A DNA stretch of 64,000 nt from Clostridia bacterium (lineage in GTDB: Bacteria > Bacillota > Clostridia > Christensenellales > UBA1242): assembly GCA_045534265.1 (NCBI GenBank), contig JAZSJH010000006.1, positions 94,741 through 158,740 on the forward strand, given 5' to 3'. Positions within the stretch are counted from its first letter, which is position 1, and the number at the start of each line of letters is the position of its first letter. The notes beneath the pieces are model-generated. The model worked only from the letters and a program-made list of their open reading frames with translations, was not told the DNA's origin and ran no database searches. Shown in pieces: positions 1-10,199 of this stretch. Position numbers and translations under genes: made by a program.

Positions 1-2
1 AT

Positions 3-1652
3 ATGCTACAAACTAGAAATGGTAAGAGAACAGCTGCAGCTGCTATTAGAATTGCTTGTGACCTTATTGATGAAGGTATGATTACAGAACAAGAAGCTGT
101 TATGCAAATTGATGCAAAAACACTTGATATGCTTCTTCACCCAACATTTGATGCTGCTGCTCTAAAATCTGCAGACAAAAACAATGTTATCGGTACTGGT
201 ATTGCTGCATCTCCAGGTGCTGCTACAGGTACAGTTGTGTTTACAGCTGAAGATGCTGTTATTCATGGCAAAAACAAAGAAAGAGTAGTTCTAGTAAGAC
301 TAGAAACTAGCCCAGAAGATATCGAAGGTATGAAATATGCTCAAGGTATCTTGACAGTTCGTGGTGGTCAAACATCTCACGCTGCCGTTGTTGCTCGTGG
401 TATGGGTACTTGCTGCGTATCTGGTTGTGGCGATATTAAGATGGACGAAGAAAACAAATGCTTCACACTTGCTGGAAAGACTTTCCACGAAGGTGACTAC
501 ATTTCTCTTGATGGTTCTACTGGTAAAATCTATGATTGCGAAATCAAGACAGTTCCAGCTGACCCTAACAGCGGATACTTTGGCCGTATCATGAAACTTG
601 CTGACAAGTTTAGAGCTCTAGGCGTTAGAACAAACGCTGATAGCCCAGCAGACGCTAGACGTGCTGTTGAACTTGGTGCAGAAGGTATTGGTCTATGCCG
701 TACAGAGCATATGTTCTTCGAACCAGACAGAATTGGCGCATTCAGAGAAATGATTTGTTCTGACTCTGTAGAAGAAAGAACTGCAGCTCTTAACAAAATC
801 GAGCCAATGCAACAATCTGACTTTGAAGGTCTATTTGAAGCTCTTCAAGGCAACCCAGTTACTATCAGATTCTTGGATCCACCTCTACATGAGTTCGTTC
901 CTACAGAAGAAGCTGATATCAAAGCTTTAGCTCAAGCTAAAGGTAAAACTGTTGAACAAATCAAACAATATATCGTTGACCTTCATGAAACAAACCCAAT
1001 GATGGGTCACCGTGGTTGCAGACTAACAGTTACATATCCTGAAATTGCAGCAATGCAAACAAGAGCCGTAATCAAAGCTGCTATCGCTGTTCAAGCAAGA
1101 CATGCTGATTGGAAGATTGTTCCAGAAATTATGATTCCACTTGTTGGCGAAATCAAAGAACTTGCTTTCGTTAAGAAAATCGTTGTTGAAACAGCTGATG
1201 AAGTAATCAAAGCTGCTGGAAGCAACCTAAAATATGAAGTTGGTACTATGATCGAAATTCCTCGTGCAGCTCTTACTGCTGACGAAATCGCTAAAGAAGC
1301 TGAATTCTTCTGCTTCGGTACTAACGACCTAACTCAAATGACATTCGGCTTCAGCCGTGATGACGCTGGTAAATTCTTGACTGCTTACTACAGATCTAAG
1401 ATTTATGAATCAGACCCATTCGCAAGACTTGACACTAATGGTGTTGGTAAACTTATGGATATGTCAGTAAAACTAGGAAGAGCAACTCGTTCATCTCTTC
1501 ACTGCGGTATCTGTGGTGAACACGGTGGCGACCCATCTTCTATCGAATTCTGCCATGCTATTGGTCTAAACTATGTTTCTTGCTCACCATTTAGAGTGCC
1601 TATCGCAAGACTAGCTGCTGCTCAAGCAAACATCAAAAACCCAAGAAAATAA
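3..1652 (+). CDS. ppdK: Pyruvate, phosphate dikinase, C-terminal ~549 aa (5' end lies outside the window)
   Basis: Phosphohistidine swivel motif GGQTSHAAVVARGMG. PEP-utilising TIM-barrel motifs GLCRTEHMFF, FGTNDLTQM, CGEHGGDP. The ORF is open to the window edge. Confidence 0.95.
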   Translation: MLQTRNGKRTAAAAIRIACDLIDEGMITEQEAVMQIDAKTLDMLLHPTFDAAALKSADKNNVIGTGIAASPGAATGTVVFTAEDAVIHGKNKERVVLVRLETSPEDIEGMKYAQGILTVRGGQTSHAAVVARGMGTCCVSGCGDIKMDEENKCFTLAGKTFHEGDYISLDGSTGKIYDCEIKTVPADPNSGYFGRIMKLADKFRALGVRTNADSPADARRAVELGAEGIGLCRTEHMFFEPDRIGAFREMICSDSVEERTAALNKIEPMQQSDFEGLFEALQGNPVTIRFLDPPLHEFVPTEEADIKALAQAKGKTVEQIKQYIVDLHETNPMMGHRGCRLTVTYPEIAAMQTRAVIKAAIAVQARHADWKIVPEIMIPLVGEIKELAFVKKIVVETADEVIKAAGSNLKYEVGTMIEIPRAALTADEIAKEAEFFCFGTNDLTQMTFGFSRDDAGKFLTAYYRSKIYESDPFARLDTNGVGKLMDMSVKLGRATRSSLHCGICGEHGGDPSSIEFCHAIGLNYVSCSPFRVPIARLAAAQANIKNPRK

Positions 1653-1670
1653 TTTTGAGTTTAATATTAA

Positions 1671-1704
1671 GATAACCCTAACATAATAGGGTTATCTTTT
1701 TTTT
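1671..1704 (+). terminator. Intrinsic terminator after ppdK
   Basis: Perfect 10-bp stem GATAACCCTA/TAGGGTTATC, 6-nt loop, followed by T8. Confidence 0.85.
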
Positions 1705-1926
1705 ACTTTTTTATAAAATGAAATTTTTAGTTATTTTTAGATATGATAACTTTTGTTGATAATAATTATAAAAATATAATTAATTTGATTAAAAAAATGT
1801 AAAATACATCAATTTTAATAACTTTTTTATAAAAAAACATTAAAATTAAAAATTTTTCAAAATAAAAAAAGGAAAAACGATTTTTGCGTCTAATTAATAG
1901 GTATTAGGTTTTTTATCGGAGAGATA

Positions 1927-3717
1927 ATGCAAAACAAAGGATATCCAACTGATTTCTTAGTTCAGTTGAAGGAAAAATGCGATATAGTGTCTACTATATC
2001 AAAATATGTCCCATTAAATAAGAAGGGAAAAACGTATTGGGGGTGTTGTCCATTTCATTTTGAAAAGACACCTTCTTTTGCTGTTAACGAAGTGGAGCAA
2101 TTTTATCACTGCTTTGGCTGTGGCGAAAGCGGAGATGTAATTAAGTTTGTTCAAAAGATAGAGTCACTTGATTTTATGGGAGCGGTTAAGCAGCTAGCCA
2201 AGTCTGTGGGATTGGAAGTTCCGGAGTGGACGGGTGATGAAGAAGTCTTAAAAAAGCAGAAAGAAAAAGAAAAGTTATATAATATCTGTGATGAAACAAT
2301 GGCTCTGTACGAAGAGAACTTGAAACTTCCTGTGGCACAAAAAGCAAGAGAATATCTGGCAAAAAGGGGCTTTAATGATGAAGTAATCAAAAAGTTCCAT
2401 ATAGGCTATTGTAATGGTTGGACAAGCAGTATTGAGCATTTTAAGAAAAAAGGCATTTCAGCTGCTCTTATGAAAGAAGCAGGAATTACTGAGTGTAAAG
2501 ACAAAGGAAATGGCAACAAATATTATTATGACGTAAATGCCGACAGAGTTATGTTTCCTATTATCAATTCATACGGTAATTGTATTGGTTTTACTGGTAG
2601 AGTTTTGGAAGCTTCTGATTTTGCAAAATACAAAAATACAACTCAAACACCTATTTTTGATAAGAGTAGGATTGTATACAACATAAACAATATTAAAAAA
2701 CTAAAACAAGAAAAAGGTCTTGACACCATTATTATTGTAGAAGGCAACATTGACGTTGTTTCTATGGTAAAAGCAGGTATTGAAAACACTGTTGCTTGTA
2801 TGGGTACGGCAATCACAGAATACCACGCAAGAGAACTTAAGAGATTTTGCGAAAGAGTTGTTTTGTGTCTAGATGGAGATGCCGCCGGTCAAAAAGCAAT
2901 GTTTAGATCTGTTGACATTTTGCTAGATGGTGGGCTTGATGTTAGATGTGCAACGCTTACTGATGGGCTTGACCCAGATGACTTTATTAACAAATATGGC
3001 AAAGAAAAACTTTTAGAGCTTATCGATAAAGCAATTCCAGCTTTGGATTATAAATTAATTGCTTTGTCAAAACGATATAACTTAACCAACAACTTTGACA
3101 AGAGAAAGTATCTAGCGGAAGCGTTTGAGATAATCAAAGCACTTGGAACGAACTCAGAGCAAGAAGTTTATTTGAAACTGTTGAGCAAACTTACAAATAT
3201 TTCTGTTGATATTTTGAGAAGAGATATTGGCAAAGAAATAAAGGTTGAAGTTCCACAAACACAAGAACAAGCTCTGGAAAAAAGAGAAAACTCAAATCAA
3301 AAGGCGATTAAATTTATTATTGCTAGCTTTATCCACAAAAAGCCGTATGCGCATTTTGAAGACTTGGGCACAATGTATTTCAAAAACCCAAATCATCAAA
3401 AGTTATTTGACTATGTCAAAGAGTGTTATGAAAAGGATATCAAATATACAATAAGTAGTTTGTTTGATATGTTTGATATTGATGAAAATCCAGATATTAA
3501 AGAAATTATAGATTTTAACTTTGAAGAATTTGGCGAGAAGCAAGAACCTTATTTTAAGCAAAGTTTGAGGGTCATATATTCTATGGGCTTGCAAATGAAG
3601 CAAGAAAAATTAATGCAAGATTATAAGACCGAAACTGACCTTGATAAGCGTAGAGCTATCGCTATGCAGCTTAGTATTGTTACTAAAGAATTAAAGAATA
3701 GAAAAATTGGAGATTAA
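1927..3717 (+). CDS. dnaG: DNA primase
   Basis: CHC2 zinc finger ([12 protein letters not shown]...CFGCGESGD) and TOPRIM motifs (EGNIDV, DGDAAG). Sits immediately upstream of rpoD, as in the conserved operon. Confidence 0.95.
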   Translation: MQNKGYPTDFLVQLKEKCDIVSTISKYVPLNKKGKTYWGCCPFHFEKTPSFAVNEVEQFYHCFGCGESGDVIKFVQKIESLDFMGAVKQLAKSVGLEVPEWTGDEEVLKKQKEKEKLYNICDETMALYEENLKLPVAQKAREYLAKRGFNDEVIKKFHIGYCNGWTSSIEHFKKKGISAALMKEAGITECKDKGNGNKYYYDVNADRVMFPIINSYGNCIGFTGRVLEASDFAKYKNTTQTPIFDKSRIVYNINNIKKLKQEKGLDTIIIVEGNIDVVSMVKAGIENTVACMGTAITEYHARELKRFCERVVLCLDGDAAGQKAMFRSVDILLDGGLDVRCATLTDGLDPDDFINKYGKEKLLELIDKAIPALDYKLIALSKRYNLTNNFDKRKYLAEAFEIIKALGTNSEQEVYLKLLSKLTNISVDILRRDIGKEIKVEVPQTQEQALEKRENSNQKAIKFIIASFIHKKPYAHFEDLGTMYFKNPNHQKLFDYVKECYEKDIKYTISSLFDMFDIDENPDIKEIIDFNFEEFGEKQEPYFKQSLRVIYSMGLQMKQEKLMQDYKTETDLDKRRAIAMQLSIVTKELKNRKIGD

Positions 3718-3721
3718 TTTT

Positions 3722-4783
3722 ATGTTTAATGAAAAATTTGTACCAGAAGTAAACAAAATACTTGAGGCATCAAAAGGTAAAGAATTTATCAACGAAGAAG
3801 ATGTTGTATTAAAACTTTTGAAATATGACGCTTCTGCTGAAGAAGTTAATGAAGTATTAAACTATCTTCAAAAACAAGGCTTCAAAATCAAATACCAAAA
3901 AGATATGGTAGAAGAAGTAGAAGACTTTTCAAAAATTATCAGCGAAGTAAGCGTTGATGACCCAGTTAAGATGTATCTAAAAGATATTGGTAAAGTTCCA
4001 CTTCTACAACAAGACGAAGAAGTAGAACTTGCAAAAAGAATGGCTCAAGGTGATGCTTATGCTAGAGCAAAACTTAGCGAAGCTAACTTAAGACTTGTTG
4101 TTTCTATCGCTAAAAAATATGTTGGTAGAACAAGTATGCATTTTCTTGACCTTATCCAAGAAGGTAACCTTGGTCTTTTGAAAGCAGTAGAGAAATTTGA
4201 CTATACAAAAGGTTTTAGATTCTCAACATACGCTACTTGGTGGATTAGACAATCTATTACAAGAGCTATCGCTGACCAAGCTAGAACAATAAGAATTCCT
4301 GTACATATGGTTGAAACTATCAATAAACTTATTCGTGTTAGTAGACAACTTTTGCAAGAACTTGGTCGTGACCCAACTTCTGAAGAAATTGCTGATAAAA
4401 TGGGCATTTCTGTAGAAAAAGTACACGAAATTCAAAAAATTGCTCAAGACCCAGTATCTCTTGAAAATCCAGTTGGTGAAGAAGAAGATAGCTCAATCAA
4501 AGACTTTGTTGAAGACGAAAGCATGAAATCTCCAGTTAAAGCTGCAGAAGACTTGATTTTGAAAGAACAACTTCTTGCTGCTATTGACACTCTAACACCA
4601 AGAGAACAAAAAGTTATTAGACTAAGATATGGTCTTGACGACTCTCACCCAAGAACTTTGGAAGAAGTTGGTAAAGAGTTTAATGTAACAAGAGAAAGAA
4701 TAAGACAAATTGAAGCAAAAGCTTTGAGAAAATTAAGAAATCCAAACAGATGTAAGAGACTAAAAGGTTATTGTGATGCCTAA
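3722..4783 (+). CDS. rpoD: Primary RNA polymerase sigma factor (sigma-70/SigA)
   Basis: Region 1.2 [11 protein letters not shown], region 2 [16 protein letters not shown], region 4.2 [20 protein letters not shown]. Start moved from the track TTG 3707 to ATG 3722, which lies behind GGAGA. Confidence 0.95.
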   Translation: MFNEKFVPEVNKILEASKGKEFINEEDVVLKLLKYDASAEEVNEVLNYLQKQGFKIKYQKDMVEEVEDFSKIISEVSVDDPVKMYLKDIGKVPLLQQDEEVELAKRMAQGDAYARAKLSEANLRLVVSIAKKYVGRTSMHFLDLIQEGNLGLLKAVEKFDYTKGFRFSTYATWWIRQSITRAIADQARTIRIPVHMVETINKLIRVSRQLLQELGRDPTSEEIADKMGISVEKVHEIQKIAQDPVSLENPVGEEEDSSIKDFVEDESMKSPVKAAEDLILKEQLLAAIDTLTPREQKVIRLRYGLDDSHPRTLEEVGKEFNVTRERIRQIEAKALRKLRNPNRCKRLKGYCDA

Positions 4784-5456
4784 TCTTATTAAAGATTGTA
4801 GATTACGTAAAATATACGAAATGGTTGATTGTCCTATTGTTGCCGATATTGGTACTGACCATGGCAAACTTGTAGGTCAACTGTTTTTGGACGGCAAAAT
4901 AGAAAAAGCATATCTTACTGATATCAGCGAAAAGAGTTTAGAAAAAGCAAAGTTATTAATAAATAAACTTGATTTTGCAAAAAATTCTACTTTTATTGTT
5001 AGTGATGGCTTTGATAATATGAAAGACATAAAAGATAGCTATCAAGCAATTATTGCTGGTATGGGTGGAGAAGAAATAATAAAGATTTTGTCAAAAATCG
5101 AAAGTAACAAAAATATTAATTCTTTTATTTTACAACCGCAAAAAAATGTTGTAAATTTAAGAGAGTATCTTATAAACAATGGCTACAAAATCAAAACAGA
5201 TATTGTTGTAAAAGATGGTACTCAGTTTTATTTTGTAATCAAAGCTGTTGTTGGCAAAGATGTTTTGTCATACGAAGAATTGCATTTTGGTAAAACAAAT
5301 TTGGCAGATTTTCCACAAGATTTTGTGGATTATCTAAGATATCAAAAGGCACTTTATGATGAAATATTAAGCTCTGCTAAAAATTTTGGCAGAGACAAAC
5401 AAAAGTATTATGATGCACTTGTTAAGTGTATAAAAAAGGGAGAAAGCAAATGTTAA
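4776..5456 (+). CDS. trmK: tRNA (adenine22-N1)-methyltransferase
   Basis: [13 protein letters not shown]-binding motif, IAGMGG, LQPQ. Collinear with Bacillus TrmK/YqfN and located downstream of rpoD. Confidence 0.85.
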   Translation: MPNLIKDCRLRKIYEMVDCPIVADIGTDHGKLVGQLFLDGKIEKAYLTDISEKSLEKAKLLINKLDFAKNSTFIVSDGFDNMKDIKDSYQAIIAGMGGEEIIKILSKIESNKNINSFILQPQKNVVNLREYLINNGYKIKTDIVVKDGTQFYFVIKAVVGKDVLSYEELHFGKTNLADFPQDFVDYLRYQKALYDEILSSAKNFGRDKQKYYDALVKCIKKGESKC

Positions 5457-6145
5457 CTCAAATACTAAATTATCAAGCGACAGAAGCTAAACTTATCAAA
5501 CTTCAAAGAGAATTAAACAGCAACAAAGCAAAAGATTCTTTGGAAAAGATGGTAAAGGTAGTTAAACAAGAACAAGCTAACCTAATCACTCTTGAAAACC
5601 AAGCAAAAGACATTTTTAGCGGTTTTGAAAAATGCAAAGCAGAGTATGCTCAAGTAGAAAAAGCCCTAGAAAAATTGATTGCAACACCTATTGATGACAA
5701 AGGCGAAAAAGAGCTTGCTGACCTTAACAAAAAAATTACTGATATGGCAAACAAGTTAAGCAATCTTGGTAGAAGTGTTTCTCAATCTTCTATGCTTGCA
5801 AATCAAATCTTGAAAGATTTTGAAAGAGTAAAGAAAAATATTATCCTTTCAAAAGAAAAGCATAAAAAGGCAAAAGAAGAATACGACCAAGTATTGTCTA
5901 CACTAGAGCCACAAATCGAAGAAGTAAAAAAGCAATTAGTAACACTTGAAAAACAAATAGATGCAAAAATTATGGCTAGATACAAACAATCTAGAAATGA
6001 TGGAATTTTCCCTGTTTTTGTACCACTTAATGGCAAGTCTTGTGGTGGTTGCAGTATGTCACTGTCAGCAGCTTACGAGAGTAAACTAAATGCAAACGGC
6101 TATGTAGAATGTGAACAATGTAGACGTCTTATCTACAAAAAATAA
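5450..6145 (+). CDS. Coiled-coil protein with C-terminal C4 zinc ribbon (COG1579/DUF164-like)
   Basis: Long heptad-rich region, then CGGC...x17...CEQC. ATG 5450 is preceded by AAGGGAGA. Confidence 0.7.
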   Translation: MLTQILNYQATEAKLIKLQRELNSNKAKDSLEKMVKVVKQEQANLITLENQAKDIFSGFEKCKAEYAQVEKALEKLIATPIDDKGEKELADLNKKITDMANKLSNLGRSVSQSSMLANQILKDFERVKKNIILSKEKHKKAKEEYDQVLSTLEPQIEEVKKQLVTLEKQIDAKIMARYKQSRNDGIFPVFVPLNGKSCGGCSMSLSAAYESKLNANGYVECEQCRRLIYKK

Positions 6146-6161
6146 CATAAAATTTATTTTC

Positions 6162-6194
6162 AAAAAAAGTTAGGTAATTTACCTAACTTTTTTT
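6162..6194. terminator. Bidirectional intrinsic terminator between convergent genes
   Basis: A7, stem AGTTAGGTA/TACCTAACT, T7. Confidence 0.8.
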
Positions 6195-6203
6195 GTTTGA
6201 TTA

Positions 6204-6788
6204 TTAATTCCCCACGTAATTATCAAATAGTTCTTGAGAGGCGTAGGCGATTTCTACACATTCTCTATGCTCGGGGTCCCAGTTGTTTGTGCCGTGTGTG
6301 CGGCTTTTATAAAAGTGTATGCAGGTATGTCCTGTCATATCGTTTCCTGACACATAATCATATGCATGAGGGTAGCCATTGATAGATGCTGCAATATATC
6401 TGTCTTTTATTTTTACCCATACTGGTCTTCGTGTCCATTGCCAAGTATCATTGTATATAGAGTGCATTATTGCGGTGTTTTGTGTGTTTATTGGCTCGAC
6501 ATCTGCGTGGTTGTATCCGCCAACTCTTAAAACATCATAAGTAAGCCCTGTGCCGATATCGATAACAGTGGCAACTTCAGTGTATTTATCCCAAAACTCA
6601 TTAACAAAATCAAACCAATTATCTTTGTAAAGTTCAATCGGCTCTTTTTCTTCTTGGATTACTTCTTCTTGCTCTGTTTCGTTTTTAGGCTTTTCTTTTT
6701 TGCTTTCTGCAAAAGCCGGCAAAATAAAACCTGTAGCAGAAAAAAGGGCGATTATTCCAAATAATATTAAAATGCTTCTATGTTTCAT
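6204..6788 (-). CDS. Secreted hypothetical protein (signal peptide, then Glu/Lys-rich linker, then ~130-aa globular domain)
   Basis: N-terminus MKHRSILILFGIIALFSATGFILPAFA is a typical Sec signal. The C-terminal domain carries PH-x15-C-I-H-F plus SRTHG. I did not recognise a family with confidence. Confidence 0.6.
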   Translation of the reverse strand: MKHRSILILFGIIALFSATGFILPAFAESKKEKPKNETEQEEVIQEEKEPIELYKDNWFDFVNEFWDKYTEVATVIDIGTGLTYDVLRVGGYNHADVEPINTQNTAIMHSIYNDTWQWTRRPVWVKIKDRYIAASINGYPHAYDYVSGNDMTGHTCIHFYKSRTHGTNNWDPEHRECVEIAYASQELFDNYVGN

Positions 6789-6875
6789 AAAATTAATTTG
6801 TGAAAAATTAAAAAATATATTCTATAATCGCCTTTTATAATGACAATTATGTAGATTTTTGGTATATTATATAAT

Positions 6876-8477
6876 ATGGAAGCAATGATAACTAATATTA
6901 GGCAAGATGCTGGCTACTATTGTGGCAAAGCAATGCAGGCCTTTGAAAAGAAAAATTATATAGAAAGTATTAAAAATCTAAACAAAGCTGAAAAAGTAGC
7001 TGTAGGTGGCGAAAGGTTAGAGATTTACTTTATACTAGGGCTTATGTATAACTGCATAGAAGATTATAGTCGTAGTAGTGAGTATTTTTTGCTATCTGTT
7101 TTGTCAAGACCATTACAAAGCAAAGCTGTAAGGTCTATGTTTGATAATGCTGTTTTGATGAAAGATGTTGTGTCTGCAAATAATTATAAAAATTTATTTA
7201 ACTTTACAGATGCCACAAAAGAAGAAAAAGAAGCTCTAGAAAGAATTTTTGAAAAACTAAATAAAGACCTAAAGCCAAAAATTAGAGAAGTAAGTATAGA
7301 AGATAGTGAAGAGTTTAGAGAAAACTTTGTGCAAGCCCTTGAAATGTTTGAAGATGAAGATTTTGATGGGGCTATTGAGATTTTGAGCAAGTACGATTAC
7401 AAAAAATCTCAAGACACAAGAGAACTTATGGCAGAATGTTATTTTATGAGCGAAAGAACAGAAAAGGCTGTTGAACTTCTAAACTTACCAGAAAAGACAC
7501 TGCTTGATAATATTAACCTTATTGTTTACCTTGATGATTTGGGAAGAAAAGACGAAAGTAGAGATCTTATTTCTAAAATAAAAAATAAATCAATGACTGA
7601 TACAGAGCTGTTTGCTTTTGCTTTGAGTCTTTGGAAATGTGGTGAGTATGTTGACTGCGTAGAAACTCTAGAGAGATATTTGAAACTAAAGCCATATGAT
7701 AAAAACGCAAACAACCTATATTGTTCCATCTGCATTGCTGCAGGATTGTTTAGCAAGGCAAAGGAAAAACTTTTGCAACTTAAAGAATTAGCTCATTTTG
7801 ACGCTATTTATTATTTAGAAATGCTAAATATGTGCGAAAGAAAAGAGAGCAAAAAAACATATGATTATTTAGCTTTGTGGAAGGCTTTTGATAAAAAGTA
7901 CAAATCAAGATTAAAAGCTCTTTTGGAATTTGATGAAGCAAATTTTGAAAAAGAAATTGTTAAAGATTATAACTTTATCAATTGGGTAGCTACAATAAAA
8001 GACAAATATTTGAAAAACTTATTTTTTGCAAAAGCTGCTAAAATAAGAGCTTTGAGAGAGCCTTTGCAAAAGATACTTGTTTCAAATGAAATTGACAAAT
8101 CTGTAAAGCAAATAATTATCTCAACTCGCCTTGATATGGGGTATAACGAAGATTTTGTTGTCTCAAGAGATGGGGTAGCTATTGGTTTTGTGCCACTATC
8201 AATCAAGCATATGAAAGATAAGATGCTATATAAAGCATATTGTTTAATTATCAATAAACTTGTAGATGATAGCTCTCAACAATGGTTTTTTAACCTTAAC
8301 TACTTTTTTGATAATCTTAATCAAATATGCAAAGAAGATATTGAAGACCCATATATTCTAGCTGCAATTATTACTTGGGAGTTTGAAAGATTTAGAAATG
8401 CAAAAATCAAAAACATTTGCAAATATTTTAATGTCAAAGAAGAAGATTTTTGGAAGTATTATATAAGTGATAATTAA
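6876..8477 (+). CDS. Hypothetical TPR-like helical repeat protein, 533 aa, cytoplasmic
   Basis: Repeated about 34-aa helical units (e.g. YYCGKAMQAFEKKNYIESIKNLNKAEK). No signal peptide or TM segment. Coding-like composition over a long ORF. Confidence 0.6.
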   Translation: MEAMITNIRQDAGYYCGKAMQAFEKKNYIESIKNLNKAEKVAVGGERLEIYFILGLMYNCIEDYSRSSEYFLLSVLSRPLQSKAVRSMFDNAVLMKDVVSANNYKNLFNFTDATKEEKEALERIFEKLNKDLKPKIREVSIEDSEEFRENFVQALEMFEDEDFDGAIEILSKYDYKKSQDTRELMAECYFMSERTEKAVELLNLPEKTLLDNINLIVYLDDLGRKDESRDLISKIKNKSMTDTELFAFALSLWKCGEYVDCVETLERYLKLKPYDKNANNLYCSICIAAGLFSKAKEKLLQLKELAHFDAIYYLEMLNMCERKESKKTYDYLALWKAFDKKYKSRLKALLEFDEANFEKEIVKDYNFINWVATIKDKYLKNLFFAKAAKIRALREPLQKILVSNEIDKSVKQIIISTRLDMGYNEDFVVSRDGVAIGFVPLSIKHMKDKMLYKAYCLIINKLVDDSSQQWFFNLNYFFDNLNQICKEDIEDPYILAAIITWEFERFRNAKIKNICKYFNVKEEDFWKYYISDN

Positions 8478-8511
8478 AAACCTATTAAGAAAAACTTAAT
8501 AGGTTTTTTTT
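8476..8511. terminator. Bidirectional intrinsic terminator
   Basis: Stem AACCTATTAAG/CTTAATAGGTT with a 4-nt loop, flanked by an A-run and T9. Confidence 0.8.
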
Positions 8512-8526
8512 GTTTGATAAGGTTAG

Positions 8527-9333
8527 TTATCGTTTTGTGTTTTTCAAAACTTTCTTTTCAAGAAGAGATACTAGTGCGTACATTCCACCTGCCAAAATAC
8601 AAAGTATAAGTGTGCTTGCCATAACAAGGTCGAGTTTGAATATTTGACCACCATAGACAATTAAATATCCAAGCCCTGCGCCACTAACAAGGTATTCGCC
8701 CATAACAACGCCAACCCAAGTCATACCTACATTTATTTTGAGAATAGATACAAACTCTGGAAAGGCATTGGGCAAAACAAGTTTGAAAAGAATTTGAAAT
8801 TTGTTTGCGCCCATTGATTTTAGAAGTAATATCTTATTTTTATCGCAAGCAAGCAGGGCAGATAACATAGACAATATTGTAATAACAATAAGTATTAATA
8901 TTGCCATTACAACAATTGCTTTTGTTCCGGCGCCAAACCAAATAATAATTACAGGACCGAGTGCTATTTTTGGCAAACTATTTAGTACAACTATATAGGG
9001 ATCTAAAATTTTGCGCAAAGTTTCACTCCACCAAAGTAGCACCGCAATAATAAATCCTGCCAGCATAGAGATAGTAAAACCCAAAATTGCCTCGTATAAA
9101 GTTATGCCGATATGATAAAACATATTTTCGGTTGAGAATAAATTAGAAATTGTTTTTGCTATTCTTGATGGACTGCTAAAGTAAAATGGATCTAGTATAT
9201 AGTAGTGTGTCAATATTTCCCACAACCCAAACAGCGCTATAAGTAAAACTATTTGGCAAGTGGTGACAAGTATTTTATTGTTTCTTTGTTTTTTTAGAAA
9301 CTGTTTTCTCTCGGGTGATAGATTGGTTTTCAT
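8527..9333 (-). CDS. ABC transporter permease (NitT/TauT-type, BPD_transp_1)
   Basis: Six predicted TM helices. EAA-like loop LKSMGANKFQILFKLVLPNAFP. Only one possible start (ATG 9333), which overlaps the ATPase gene by 59 nt. Confidence 0.85.
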   Translation of the reverse strand: MKTNLSPERKQFLKKQRNNKILVTTCQIVLLIALFGLWEILTHYYILDPFYFSSPSRIAKTISNLFSTENMFYHIGITLYEAILGFTISMLAGFIIAVLLWWSETLRKILDPYIVVLNSLPKIALGPVIIIWFGAGTKAIVVMAILILIVITILSMLSALLACDKNKILLLKSMGANKFQILFKLVLPNAFPEFVSILKINVGMTWVGVVMGEYLVSGAGLGYLIVYGGQIFKLDLVMASTLILCILAGGMYALVSLLEKKVLKNTKR

Positions 9334-10081
9334 CAGTTTTTATTTCCTTCCATATTTTGTCAAATAGTTTAGAAAAGTCAGGGTGTTCTCTGCGCTTTAA
9401 TGGAGAGCCAAATTCTTGCAAGTTTATATCAAAAATTTTTTTGACTTTGGCAGGTCTTGGGGAAAGTACTATAACTCTGTCTGCCATAGAGATTGCTTCG
9501 GACAAATCGTGAGTGACAAGAATGGCTGTTTTTTTCTCTTGAGAAATGATGTTTGACACATCATCACACACCTGAAGTCTTGTTTGAAAATCAAGCGCAG
9601 AGAAGGGCTCATCAAGCAATAAAATTTCTGGCTTTAAGATTAATGTTCTAATTAGCGCAACCCTTTGGCGCATTCCTCCCGACAACTCGTTCGGGTAACG
9701 GTCTTTGTACTCATATAGCCCATATTTCCTTAAGAGTAGCTCTCCGTAATTTTTTGCCGACTGGTTGTTCGATTTTTGTATCTCGGGGCCAAGCAAAATG
9801 TTTTTCATTATGCTTCGCCACCCGAACAAGTGGTCGTGTTGAAACATATATCCTGTTATATTTTTGGTGTTTTTGCTGTTTATAATTACCTTGCCGGTGG
9901 TGGGCAAAAGTACCCCTGAAATTAAAGATAATATTGTAGTTTTTCCACAGCCGCTAGGTCCAACTATTGCAACAAATTCGCCTTCGTATATGGTCAAATT
10001 TAGATTGTCGATTGCTAATGTTTCGCTGGTTTTTGTCTGGTAGGTCAAACTTACATTTTCGAGACGTACAAGTTCTTTCAT
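9275..10081 (-). CDS. ABC transporter ATP-binding protein (NitT/TauT family)
   Basis: Walker A GPSGCGKTT, signature LSGGMRQRVA, Walker B LLLDEPFSALD, H-loop VTHD. Confidence 0.9.
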   Translation of the reverse strand: MKELVRLENVSLTYQTKTSETLAIDNLNLTIYEGEFVAIVGPSGCGKTTILSLISGVLLPTTGKVIINSKNTKNITGYMFQHDHLFGWRSIMKNILLGPEIQKSNNQSAKNYGELLLRKYGLYEYKDRYPNELSGGMRQRVALIRTLILKPEILLLDEPFSALDFQTRLQVCDDVSNIISQEKKTAILVTHDLSEAISMADRVIVLSPRPAKVKKIFDINLQEFGSPLKRREHPDFSKLFDKIWKEIKTDENQSITREKTVSKKTKKQ

Positions 10082-10148
10082 TTGTTTCTCCTTTTATTAT
10101 CTTTATACTTCATTATATGTTATAGATTTTTTAGTGTGAGTGATTTGT

Positions 10149-10178
10149 AAAAAAAGAAATAGGTAAGGGCCTATTTCT
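10149..10178 (-). terminator. Intra-operon hairpin/terminator after the binding-protein gene
   Basis: On the minus strand: stem AGAAATAGG/CCTATTTCT, 6-nt loop, then U7. Sits between the binding-protein and ATPase genes. Confidence 0.55.
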
Positions 10179-10199
10179 TTCCTATTTTTATTATCAAAA

